Assembly (NCBI GenBank): GCA_951406725.2
Contig: OX597823.1
Coordinates: 116,808,001 to 116,872,000 of the forward strand
Reading direction: 5' to 3'
Origin: Octopus vulgaris
Lineage: Eukaryota
Length of the DNA: 64,000 nt
Shown here: positions 13,167-24,095 of the stretch, one piece after another
Layout: every line of letters begins with the position of its first letter
Position numbering within the stretch: position 1 is the stretch's first letter
Notes under the pieces: generated by a model
Told to the model about the DNA's origin: nothing
Database searches by the model: none
Seen by the model: only the letters and a program-made list of their open reading frames with translations
Position numbers and translations under genes: made by a program

Positions 13167-13427
13167 CAGTAATTCCTTGACTATCATGGGTGTTACATTC
13201 CAAGACCTCCCGCGATAGGTGAAAATCCTCAAAGTAGAAGCAGTACTCTACTGTATATTTAAAAAATGTTTATAATTTGTATATATTTATTTTATTATAA
13301 ATGCAAAACAACACCATGGAGGTATCGACATAAGCTTAAATAATAAATCATGATAGGTGAACTGCGATAGGTGAGCCACGATAGGGGAACTGTGATAAGT
13401 GAACCGTGATATGGCAAGAGATTACTG
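13167..13427 (+). mobile_element. pogo/Tigger-like MITE
   Basis: TA|CAGTAATTCCTTGACTATCATGG ... CCGTGATATGGCAAGAGATTACTG|TA: ~23-bp TIRs and TA target duplication. Confidence 0.85.
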
Positions 13428-13572
13428 TATATAGATTACCTCTTTTACTGAGATCATATTTTAAGGCAGTGTTTCTCAACCACATTTTGCCTACAAACCC
13501 CTTGGATTCTTATTTTACCCTTGCACTGGACCCTCGTACCCATTCAATATTTATAAAATAAACTCTATTATA

Positions 13573-14085
13573 TTGGATTGTCCAGAAAGTTCGTGCCAAT
13601 TTATAGTAGCTTAGCTTTTGACTTTTTTAGAACATGGTTGAGTCCATAAAATAGGATTTGACTACACCTCCATTTAGAGCACAGTTTAAGCTATCTTTTC
13701 GTGGAAGAAGGTTTGTTCCTATAACCTGTGTTAATTCGGTAAACCTTTAAAATGGAAGATAAGAAAGTTCATTTTCGGTACTTGATGCTTTGGGAACCAG
13801 ACAAAAATTGCTGCAGCTCAGCTGGGATGTGTTACCCCATCCTCCATATTCACCAGATATTGCTCCCTCAGATTTCCACCTATTAAGTTCTGTGCAGAAT
13901 AGTCTTAATGGTAAAAATTTCAATTCCTTGGATGACATAAAAATATACCCTGATAAATTCTTTGCCATGAAATCATCTCAATTCTGAGAAGAAGATATTT
14001 TCAAGTTAAAGGAAAGATGGAGACAAATTGTGCAACAAAATAGTTCATCTTTGGTTGGTTAAAAATGTAATGGCAAGTATTTATT
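13573..14085 (+). mobile_element. Internally deleted mariner transposon
   Basis: TA|TTGGATTGTCCAGAAAGTTCGTGCC TIR-like start. Translation LLQLSWDVLPHPPYSPDIAPSDFHL contains the mariner YSPDLAPxD motif. Confidence 0.85.
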
Positions 14086-15125
14086 GATCAATTGTTAATT
14101 ATATGTCTTACTGATTAGTGGATATTACTGTTATAATCAGATGTTGTTGCAGAGAGAGTTAGGCAGTTCTTGTAATTCTTGCAGGTATCTGGGATCAAGT
14201 GCAGGCATTTTTTTTATCCTTTAACCTAAGATTTATGATTTCAATTCTCGACTTGTTTACTGAGTTATCACTTCTATTCTCTTTCTCTTTCAGTCTCCAG
14301 ATATACTGAGAGGGTGAAGTAGAATTTCTTTATCTACTTTCTTTTTTGTTACTGAAACAGAAACTATATTGCACACAGGTCCCTTTCAGTATATATTCTG
14401 TGTACCCAATATAATCCTTGCTGATACCATCTTTGGATTATACTTTCATTTGGTATAATAGAACGTTTTGTGAGATGCTTGCTTTTGAATGAACTGGGTA
14501 TTTTATTGTGAAGTTACATTTTGGTGAATAATGTGATTTGCTTCAAAGTGTGATGTTAGTCTTATCACCCTGAGCTATCTGTGAGTCAATGTTTTTTCTC
14601 ACACAAATATTGCTAACTTTTAAGCTGCTTTTTAAACAGCTTGTGGTACTTATGGTTGATGGGGAAATATTTTTTTATCTACATTCAGATTTTTCTAGCT
14701 ATGTTGGACACTACATTCATACTAAAAGTTACATTAAATTAGATGATTTTTGTATTCCTAGTTTTGCTATTTCCATGGTTTTACTATTTTTCTGGTTTCT
14801 TTCTAGTATATACATACACATACATACATACATACATACATACATACATACATTTTGACACACACACATACACATAGACACACATACACACATACACACA
14901 CACACATATAGATATTAGTTTCTCTTTAAATCCAATTCTCAGCACATCATTAAAATAATGTGCATTATAACAAAATTGTTTTTCAGTTGGAGAATATATT
15001 GAATATTCTCCTTGTGTATATAATTTTTTTATGTACATTTGCACACAAAACATGGATACATATCCAGGTAAAGAATATATACAACATGTACGTTTATTCT
15101 GATATATATCTTGATTATTTTCCAC

Positions 15126-16206
15126 ATTTCATTCTTTTTAACTCTAAAAGTCCTATACCACAAACACCTGCTGCTGTCATTAAATCCCAAATCACAGAAA
15201 ACCAGGGTTCAAATAATGTTGTTTAGGGATTCAAAATTGAAATTAAGCACTTTCTGTGGGAGAAACAAAATCTGTCCTCATTTTAGAAGAAAAAAACCTT
15301 CTATCAAAAGGTTTCCTGTTAACGCACCATGTTTATCTTTTTTGTGCTTTTAAAAGAAATTTTCTTTGGAGTTCCTTTCATTTTTTAACTTAATGGCAAT
15401 TAATACCTTAATAATTTGGTGACATTATTTATTAATGATTTAGTTATTATTAATTAATTATTAAAGATTTTAATTTGGAGTTGGTGCCCAGTAATCGATA
15501 TTTTTGATAATAAAAGGTGAAAACACTTCCATTTTGTCAACGTCGCTGTATTCATCTTACCTAGGCAGCAGTAATTTTATGACAACAGGTAAAAAAAATT
15601 AACATAGATTATTTTACATAGATTATTTTAACTTGCGTGCGAGATGGATTGTGTAAATATATGTACGCATGCATTTATGTGTATATTTTAGATTTATATT
15701 TATACGTCTGTATATGTATGGCGTTTGCACGCATCCTTCTGTGTATGTTGATATATATATGTACACTTTTATAATAATATGTATTGCAGTGTAATATTTA
15801 TAATAGGTTTAATTTCTATGCTTTAATTATACTTTCCTCATTAATGTCAATATGTATTTTATTCAATGTAAGGTTTTTTCCTCGAATTTTATAATTTTTA
15901 TAAGTTTTTATATATATATATACATATATTTTTGACCTTTTTGTTTATCGCTCGAAGATTGACCGTTTTTTCTGAAGGGCCGATCAAACAAGTCCAATTT
16001 TTTTAAAGGTGTAGCGTTTGTAAGAGTCTAGATTGAATTGATATATCGGTTCCATTCTAGCAAAAACTGTCTGATGAACGGCAACGAGAAACTCAGAGTA
16101 ACAGATTTTGTTGAATTTTCTGCTGCTTAAAATAAAGCATATTACTCTACCACTGGTATTTGAGTACTCATTTTTCCACCTTGTTTCACATTTATGTGTT
16201 TACTCC

Positions 16207-16208
<2 letters not shown>
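15126..16208 (+). mobile_element. Probable 3' remnant of a Penelope-like element
   Basis: Carries a hammerhead at 16061-16110 followed by AATAAA and ends at (TA)n. Weak similarity of IMLF...ICPHFRRK (ORF 15111-15353) to ILF...RCPHWRRH of the PLE at 22639. The left boundary is uncertain. Confidence 0.5.
16061..16110 (+). ncRNA. Type I minimal hammerhead ribozyme
   Basis: CAAAAACUGU-CUGAUGA-A-CG(GCAA)CG-A-GAAA-CUC-A-GAG-UA|ACAGAUUUUG. Stem I pairs 9/10, stem II has a GNRA loop, stem III is palindrome-like, predicted cleavage after GUA at 16100. The stem II closing pair is A.A instead of G-C. Confidence 0.8.
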
Positions 16209-16274
<66 letters not shown>

Positions 16275-16283
16275 TATACATAT

Positions 16284-16342
<59 letters not shown>

Positions 16343-16373
16343 TACGAGAAAGAAGCAACAAGAATGGATTAGT

Positions 16374-16464
16374 TTTTAGTACAATTGTTTCATACAAAGA
16401 CAGGCTTTATTAAAAGTTGCAAATATTGCAGCAGATAAAAGTGTCCCGTACTCATCAGCTAAAA
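16374..16464 (-). ncRNA. Hammerhead ribozyme (mirror copy in the left inverted arm)
   Basis: Reverse complement of 19236-19326. Confidence 0.8.
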
Positions 16465-16545
16465 CACATATGAATTCTCCAAACATCTTAGTGGGTGAGG
16501 CTACACTCATGAAGTATTGGAGATAATTTCATTAAAAGCAGATTC

Positions 16546-17953
16546 CTAATAAAGAAGTTATCAGTAACCACATAAGCAGCAATATAGACCATGCCCGAAA
16601 TAGAAGTAGAAGTAGATTTAAGGTAACCGCAAATCTAGTGTACAAGCCCAATCATACAAATAGAAGCATAGACCAAAGCATAGGTAACTCGGATAAAATC
16701 AAATTAGATAAATCAAAGAAGCATACAAATAATGGTAATAAATACAATGACTCTGGTGAGAATAATAATAATTCAACGAACCCCGATTCTAATTCAAGGA
16801 AATTTAATAAGAAAGATATAATCTGGCTGAATATTCCTTTCAACTGTGTGATTCAATCGGATATACAGAGCAAATTCAAAGTAATTCTAGAAAAAAATTT
16901 CCCAATCTCTCATAGATATCATAGAATTATTTCTAAAAAAACAGTTAGGATTTCTTATTCAACCCTCCCAAATATGTCCACTTTAATAGCTAAGATTAAT
17001 AATAACAACATTAAGCTAGCCAGGAAACATAAAAATAATAATACCAACATGAATACCAATAACAATTATAATGATACTACCAAAAATAATGGCAATAAAC
17101 TCAACAATAGTAACTATCAAAACATGGGTAGAATTAGTAACCACAGAATGACTAATAATAATATTAATATTAATAGGAGTAATAATAATATTGATAGTAA
17201 TAGGAGTAATAATGTTAATAATAGAAGTAAGGCTAATAGAGAAAATACAGGGAATGAAAACATCAGTGATATCTATAACAACAATATACATTCAGATAAA
17301 AATACTAGCAATAATAGTAACAATACCAATAATGTAAATAATCATGGTAGGACTTTAGACCTAAAGGATGGAGCAGAAGGATCAATAAATAATAACACTG
17401 CTTTAGATAACAGCACCAACTATAAAAATAATAATAATAATAAAGATAATTATACTCATGATAATCAAAATAACAGGAACATGAGACATCTATCCATGAA
17501 TAATTCAACATCTGAAGTTGATCCTCCTGCGTGTAAGTGTAGAATTAAGTCAAAATGCCTGGCACCTGGTCTATGCGGGGTAAGTAACGTAATCTATAAA
17601 TGTACCATATCTACTGAGAATAACAAATTTTTTTACATTGGTTGTACGGTAAATTTTAAGGATAGAGTTAGAAACCACATCCATCTTTTAAATTACGTCA
17701 TAAGGCTGGTACCACCACACTTTCAAATAAGATCTGGGAACTCAAAAATAATAATAGTAATTATAACCTTAATTGGGAAATAGTTAGAAGAGCAATGCCG
17801 TATAAAAATAATAGGGTTGGTTGCCAACTCTGCTCCATGGAGACGTATGAAATTCTAAAGCATAGAAAGAATAAGGGTTTGTTAAATAACCATATTGAAT
17901 TAGGTCAATTTTGTGTCCACGCAAAATTGAAGACTCTAAAATATTTTAAATGA
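16546..17953 (+). pseudogene. PLE polyprotein C-terminal part: post-RT linker, Asn-rich insert, CxCx5C, GIY-YIG endonuclease (one frameshift near 17681)
   Basis: KKDIIWLNIPFN...FPISH.YH.I...TVRISYS.LPNM, then CKCRIKSKC, then VIYKC...FYIGCT.NFKDRVRNH. After the frameshift: SFKLRHKAGTTTLSNKIWELK...NWEIVRRAMPY...CQLCSMETYEIL...LLN...FCVH...* (TGA 17951-17953). Confidence 0.88.
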
Positions 17954-19235
17954 ATAACAGTATAGAATAATCGTAAGAAGATAGATAGATAGATCTAGCT
18001 TGTTTTTTACTAGTATAGCATAACTTTAATTTTTTAAGTAGATAACTGCGAGCTCTCACACTACAGTTATCTCTTTCTTTATAACTGCACCTGATTTTGA
18101 ACACAAGGAAACAAATAGTACTTGTACGTTGCTTAAATGAAGTTTTAATTGACTTTATAGTTAATTTTAAATTTTTATTTTTTAATTTTTAATTTTTAAT
18201 TTAATCTAATTTAGGTAACACAACTTAAATAAAATAAGTTACTAAGGCTTCATAATTCTATTACAAAATTAAATAAGTAATGCTGCTCCCTTGAAAGTAG
18301 TATAAGAAATTTCAATATAATAAGCAATTCCCCCACACCTTGTAAACTTACTTCTAAGTATTGACCTGTAGTCGGTCAATGTATAGATAGTAACGACAAC
18401 ATTTTAAGACAGTAACAGTAATAAATGAATAAATTTAAATGACCTCTTGCTAGTATTGCACTTATTTTCTCTTAATGTATTTCCATTTGATGATAGCCTT
18501 TGACCCCTCTATCCCTGACCTTGTTATCTCTTTAGATTCTAGTATCTGCTTTCAGCTACGTCAGGTTGGCAATAAATAGCTGTTTACTGGTCAAAAATAA
18601 TATTCTCCTTATAGTTCTTAGATTCCTGCAAATTTCGAAGTCAGCCAGGCTGTCTACAAACTTTTCTGTGTAGTAAGGTTACCTGCGACCCTTTTCCCTC
18701 TCAGTTGTCACAGTATACTCTATGTGGGCGTTTTTTCTTTTTTCCCCTTTTTTCTTTTTTCTTTTTCTTTTTTCTTTTTTCTTCGTTTTTCTTTTTTCTT
18801 TCTTTTTCTTTTTTTCCTTTTTCCTTGTTTCTTTTCTTCTCTTTCCTTTCTTTTCTTTTCTTTGCTCCACAATAATTCCTTCAGCCTTTAGAAGTCATAA
18901 CATAGCAGTCTTGTGAAGAGAACAGTAATGTGGTAAATACCTTATCATATAGCATGAAATTATACCCACCTCATTGTGGATTAACCATGGATAAATTCAT
19001 CGTCTGTGAGTATGAAACACCTCCTCATATCTCTGGAAATTTACACCTACACTACGGATTAATTCACCTTCTCTGTGAAGCTAATAAGCTTTTTAAAACC
19101 TGTGATAAGACTGTGCATCATCATTAAAGAACTTCGGAAGTCTGTTTACAACCTGAATCTGCTTTTAATGAAATTATCTCCAATACTTCATGAGTGTAGC
19201 CTCACCCACTAAGATGTTTGGAGAACTCATATGTG

Positions 19236-19326
19236 TTTTAGCTGATGAGTACGGGACACTTTTATCTGCTGCAATATTTGCAACTTTTAATAAAGCCTGT
19301 CTTTGTATGAAACAATTGTACTAAAA
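19236..19326 (+). ncRNA. Type I hammerhead ribozyme in the PLE 3' arm
   Basis: UUUUAG-CUGAUGA-GUACGGGACA...UGUCUUUGUAU-GAAA-CAAUUG-UA|CUAAAA. 6-bp stem I, extended stem II, palindromic stem III, cleavage predicted after 19320. Confidence 0.85.
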
Positions 19327-19372
19327 ACTAATCCATTCTTGTTGCTTCTTTCTCATTTATAATCACCCCACA

Positions 19373-19925
19373 TTACTGTATGGTTAACACGATATAGTTT
19401 TCTGGACACCGCTGGTCACAGCACGCTGTCCATTCCTCTCTGGAACGCACCTTTCTCATCCACGTGATCCCAATCATCCTCCTGAAATTGTAACTCCACT
19501 GTCGTGGAGGTCTTCCGGGTGGTCTTTTCCGCTCGCACGGGTACCACTCGACAACTGCATGCGTCCACTGATTATCGATGAGCCGGGCGACATGTCCAGC
19601 CCATCTATACTTGCTGCGAGTATACTCTGTGATGACATCTCTCACGCCGGACTTCTTTCTGATGATCTTGCTACTGATGTGCTCTCTCAACGAGATACCA
19701 AGCATTGACCTTTCCATGGCTCTTTGAGCCGTTACCAGTCTTTGCTCTTCTCTCTTTGTGGTAGCCCATGTTTCACTACCATATAACATTGTAGGCAGAA
19801 CTGCACTGTTAATGAGGTTGGCGCGGGTGGTCCTGTCCAACCTTCCCTTGAACACATCCCTTATGCCATTGAACGCCTTCCATCCGGCCCTTACTCTCCG
19901 TGAGATCTCCTTTTCGATATCTCAG
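19373..19925 (-). mobile_element. RTE-clade LINE 3' fragment
   Basis: [13 protein letters not shown]...VLPTMLYGSETWA...AQRAMERSMLG...KYRWAGHVAR...RKRPPGRP..W. Confidence 0.9.
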
Positions 19926-19982
19926 CATTATATATATATATAATGAATACATAAATATATTTATATATATATATATATAATG

Positions 19983-20016
<34 letters not shown>

Positions 20017-20017
20017 G

Positions 20018-20057
<40 letters not shown>

Positions 20058-20060
20058 TAC

Positions 20061-20092
<32 letters not shown>

Positions 20093-20659
20093 CATACATA
20101 CATACATACATGTATGTATGTATGTATGTATGCATGCATGCATGTGTATCTAGTGTTTAAGGTCTCTGTTTAGAAGTAAATTTCCAAGTTTGAATCTAAG
20201 CCAAACTTGGCATGACTTACTTGCTCAACATTAGAACTCCCAATGCCAATTTGATTGGAACTATTTATAAATGAAAGCAGAAATATTAGCAGGTAATAGC
20301 TCAGAAAAAACAATAAGTTGTATTATTAAAAGTGTAACATCTATGATTCTGTGCCATCAAATATCTTATCTTCATTGACCATCTAAAGAAGAGCCATTTG
20401 GCTGATTGGCATTTCCGCCTGAACAAACACACTCCAGCATTTAGCACAATACGTGCAGTCTCTTTTCTCTGTTTTTTTTTTGCTTTTCTTTTTGCCACTA
20501 TCATGTCCTCTGCTCTCCTTTGAGTTGGCTGCTCTGTTGGTGCATTGAACTGCTTCCTTCTCTAAAATAACCAATATGTCTAAATTTTATTCACAGAACA
20601 TTGGCTCTCTGGAACCTCCACCCTGCAGGTTTTAGCCCAGATCACATTTATACACACAG

Positions 20660-21180
20660 TAGTGATCTGGCTGAATCGTCAGCATGCCAGGCGAAATGCT
20701 TAGCGGTTGTGGGATGATGTGAGCAGCTGGAGAGCTGACTGGAACTTGGGACTGACTGGAAGAGGAAGGGGAAAGAGTGATGCATGCGCAGGCAGGGGAG
20801 CATTGGGCCTTTTTGATCGGGGTAGCTGACAGAGCTGGATGTGTGAGCGCTTTGTCAAGGTAGGGGAAAAGCAGATGCTATTTTTAGTGTTCGGATTGGG
20901 CCATGTGGAAGGGGGCATTACCGCTGGTGAGGTCTGCGTCGACGAAGAGAAGATAGGTGTTCTTATTTCAAATCTCCCACATACACCACAGCGGTATTTG
21001 ACCTCCTGTTACGTTCTGAGTTCAAATTCCACCAAGGTCAACTTTGCCTTTCATCCTTTCGGGGGTTGATTAAATAAGTACCAGTTACACACTGGGATCG
21101 ATGTAATTGACTTAATCCCTTTGTCTGTCTTTGCTTGTCCCCTCTATGTTTAGCCCCCTGTGGGCAATAAAGACATAAAT
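20660..21180 (+). mobile_element. SINE family B interrupted by a solo LTR
   Basis: Head ends ...aaatgcttagcggt at 20707 and resumes gcggtatttg...gagttcaaattcc at 20991. Confidence 0.8.
20708..20990. mobile_element. Solo LTR (283 bp)
   Basis: Termini TGTGG...CCACA (TG..CA inverted), with the exact 5-bp target duplication GCGGT on both sides. Confidence 0.8.
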
Positions 21181-21232
21181 AACTTCATACGCACACACAC
21201 ACACACACACACACACATGATATATATAGATG

Positions 21233-21628
21233 AAGGAGTGGTTGTGTGGTAAGAAACTTGCTTCCCAACCACATAGTTCTGGGTTCAGTCCCACTGCGTG
21301 GGACCTTGGGCAAGTGTCTTCTACTATAGCCTCAGGCCAACCAAAAACTTGTGTGTGGATTTGGTATATGTAAATTGAATGAAGCCCGTCAGATATAAAT
21401 GTATGTGCATGTTTATGGGTGTGTGTCTGTGTTTGTCCCCCTGCCATTACTTGACTACAGATGCTGCTGTGTTTATGTCCCCATAACTTAGCGGTTCAGT
21501 AAAAAGGAGTGATAGAAGTATTAGGCTTAAAAAGAATGAGTCCTGGAGTCAGTTTCTTCAACTAAAACCTTTTTAGGTGGTGCTCCAAAAATGGCTTCAG
21601 TCAGATGACTGGAACAAATAAAAGAATA
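21233..21628 (+). mobile_element. SINE family A
   Basis: Head, (TG)n spacer and tail match 60368-60762. An inverted tail fragment follows at ~21650-21840. Confidence 0.85.
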
Positions 21629-21964
21629 CACACACACATACATACATCTTTTATCGTTATCTTTTGCTTGATTCAGTCTCAAACTGCAGCCATGCTGGAG
21701 CACTACCTTGCAGAATTTTTGCTTGAATGAATCAACCACAGTACATTGTTTAAGCCTGGTATTTATTCTATCGGTGTTCTTTGTCAGACTGCTAAGTTAT
21801 GGGGACAGAAGCCCACCAACAGAGGTGATGGTGGGGGCACAAACAAACTCACACACATGTACACATACAATCACACACATACATATCATATATATATATA
21901 TATATATAATTAGTGAATGGAAGAAATGGAGTTGAACGAAGATTGTACAGAATTCCTTTTATTG

Positions 21965-22048
21965 CATTCTACACATGTTTCAAAGGCCACAATTTTCCAA
22001 ATTCTGATTAAATAAGGATACCATATTGCAGCTTTCTCTTCAGGAAAA
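21965..22048 (-). ncRNA. Hammerhead ribozyme (element-sense copy)
   Basis: Reverse complement of 23642-23725. Confidence 0.72.
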
Positions 22049-22638
22049 ACCAGGAATTACGTTGTCAGAACAAAACAAAACAAAGGCGCAGCAAAGCAAT
22101 TCGAACGAGGACGCTCCTTAAGAGCCCATGGGTAAAATGTTTATCAATGTACGTTGGTGGGGGCCGACAAAAGGTCCGTTGGAATAAATCCAGGTCAGGC
22201 CGCGGTCAAATCTAGTAGGTGAGGAATTAATGAGAACAAGGGGTGTGGAGATGTTCTGTGTGACCAAAGCTAATGTTCTGAATATTTTAAGAATACAGGG
22301 TGTATTTTTTTGGGTGCAAGACGATATCTACCTAAAAGCATGTATGTGTATACTAGCCTATGTGTGCGCTGCCGTATGTTGGCGAGGGGCGCTAGATAAT
22401 GAAATAATTCTGTGTTCGTGTGTGCGTCTGTGGCCTGCTTGTCTGAAATTATCAACGTCAAAGAATCAGGAGGGTTTATAATTCCAGCGTTTGCTTCCAA
22501 AACCGACCAATCGCCTAAGGGGGGTAATTTCCCCTTGCAAGAGTTATTCAGAGATTTTTTAAAAAGTTTTTTCCAAAAATTATTTCCAAAAATTATTTTC
22601 ATTTTCATAGGGTATCAAGGTGTTAATTGTCTTAGGTA

Positions 22639-23004
22639 TCATTTATATGTAAGATAAGTATGACGCCGCCAATGGGGACATCGAAAAGCAGTCTGTAAAA
22701 GCCCGTTTACCAAACGGCCTCTGGCGAACAATATGTGGAAAAGCTCAGAGTTACAAAGATTACACCTCCTTCTGCCTCTATCAAACGGGAGGGCCACCAA
22801 CAAAATCGACCATTCCAGCCTAAAAACTGAATTCGCGTTCTTCAAACGCCAGATAAGTTTGCTAAGTCCTGTGGCTTGGTATTTATTAACGTCGCGAAAA
22901 GTTGCGAAATGGTTCGATATTCTCAAGGCCAATTTTGACGATGAGGCCCCGACATACGAGTAGACATCCGAATCCGTGTAAACATTGCATTGGTAAATGG
23001 CATT
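22639..23004 (-). pseudogene. GIY-YIG endonuclease domain of the PLE (5'-truncated, open frame)
   Basis: NAIYQCNVYTDSDVYSYVGASSSKLALRISNHFATF...TGLSKLIWRLK...EWSIL..ALPFDRGRRRCNLCNSE...RCPHWRR*. Colinear with the domain at 17580-17953. Confidence 0.88.
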
Positions 23005-23641
23005 TTGATGTCCCCATTGGCGGCGTCATACTTATCTTACATATAAATGATACCTAAGACAATTAACACCTTGATACCCTATTAAAATGAAAATAATTTT
23101 TGGAAATAATTTTTGGAAAAAACTTTTTAAAAAATCTCTGAATAACTCTTGCAAGGGGAAATTACCCCCCTTAGGCGATTGGTCGGTTTTTGGAAGCAAA
23201 CGCTGGAATTATAAACCCTCCTGATTCTTTGACGTTGATAATTTCAGACAAGCAGGCCACAGACGCACACACGAACACAGAATTATTTCATTATCTAGCG
23301 CCCCTCGCCAACATACGGCAGCGCACACATAGGCTAGTATACACATACATGCTTTTAGGTAGATATCGTCTTGCACCCAAAAAAATACACCCTGTATTCT
23401 TAAAATATTCAGAACATTAGCTTTGGTCACACAGAACATCTCCACACCCCTTGTTCTCATTAATTCCTCACCTACTAGATTTGACCGCGGCCTGACCTGG
23501 ATTTATTCCAACGGACCTTTTGTCGGCCCCCACCAACGTACATTGATAAACATTTTACCCATGGGCTCTTAAGGAGTGTCCTCGTTCGAATTGCTTTGCT
23601 GCGCCTTTGTTTTGTTTTGTTCTGACAACGTAATTCCTGGT

Positions 23642-23725
23642 TTTTCCTGAAGAGAAAGCTGCAATATGGTATCCTTATTTAATCAGAATTTGGAAAATTG
23701 TGGCCTTTGAAACATGTGTAGAATG
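23642..23725 (+). ncRNA. Type I hammerhead ribozyme in the inverted arm
   Basis: UUC-CUGAAGA-GAAAGCUGCAAU...AUUGUGGCCUUU-GAAA-CAUGUG-UA|GAA. Stem II pairs 11/12, stem I is short, and AATAAA follows at 23727. Confidence 0.72.
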
Positions 23726-23931
23726 CAATAAAAGGAATTCTGTACAATCTTCGTTCAACTCCATTTCTTCCATTCACTAATTATATTAAATTTCAATTAT
23801 CCGCACCAACGCACGGTTGCAACACCATATGGTCTTATCTCCAACCTTGTTTTTTCTGCTGTGATTTTTGCTACCCAGGTATCGGTTAAACTTTTGAATA
23901 ATCTGTAACAAGATAATTCATCTTTCCATTT

Positions 23932-23976
<45 letters not shown>

Positions 23977-24095
23977 CAATTGGCTTCTTTCAGTTTCTGT
24001 CTACCACATCTACTCAAACAGCAGATATGGGTGCAGGCTTTGCTGCATGGAGCTGTTTGAAATTTTAAAGAGAGCAAATAGTGAAAAATCTAATA

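Larger units (their letters stand above)
16346..19354 (+). mobile_element. Penelope-like retroelement (Naiad-like), 5'-truncated, with inverted 200-bp terminal arms
   Basis: 16346-16545 is the reverse complement of 19155-19354 (one mismatch seen). It encloses a GIY-YIG ORF and a long 3' UTR. Left end abuts (TA)n. Confidence 0.9.
21904..23937 (-). mobile_element. Penelope-like retroelement with ~780-bp near-perfect inverted arms
   Basis: 21904-22682 is the reverse complement of 23007-23786 (about 2 substitutions and 1 indel seen). The 324-bp spacer encodes a GIY-YIG domain. A 150-bp extension lies at 23787-23937. (TA)n on both sides. Confidence 0.92.

Noticed and set aside
15970-16055. CUGAAGG-GCCGAU...AUCGGU, a possible second tandem hammerhead
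   Set aside because: Core box altered and no GAAA/stem III after the helix.
17520-17953. Possible selenocysteine recoding, as reported for some Naiad PLEs
   Set aside because: All conserved Cys positions here, and in 22639-23004, are TGT/TGC. There are no in-frame TGA codons at those sites.
20597-20670. Candidate next AGBL4 exon after 'tttattcacag' (RTLALWNLHPAGFSPDHIYT)
   Set aside because: Only RTL and YT resemble the expected sequence. It lacks LEVSF and runs into a SINE.
22230-23460. Duplicated 76-112-aa ORFs on both strands
   Set aside because: Mirror translations of the non-coding PLE inverted arms, with no protein motif.
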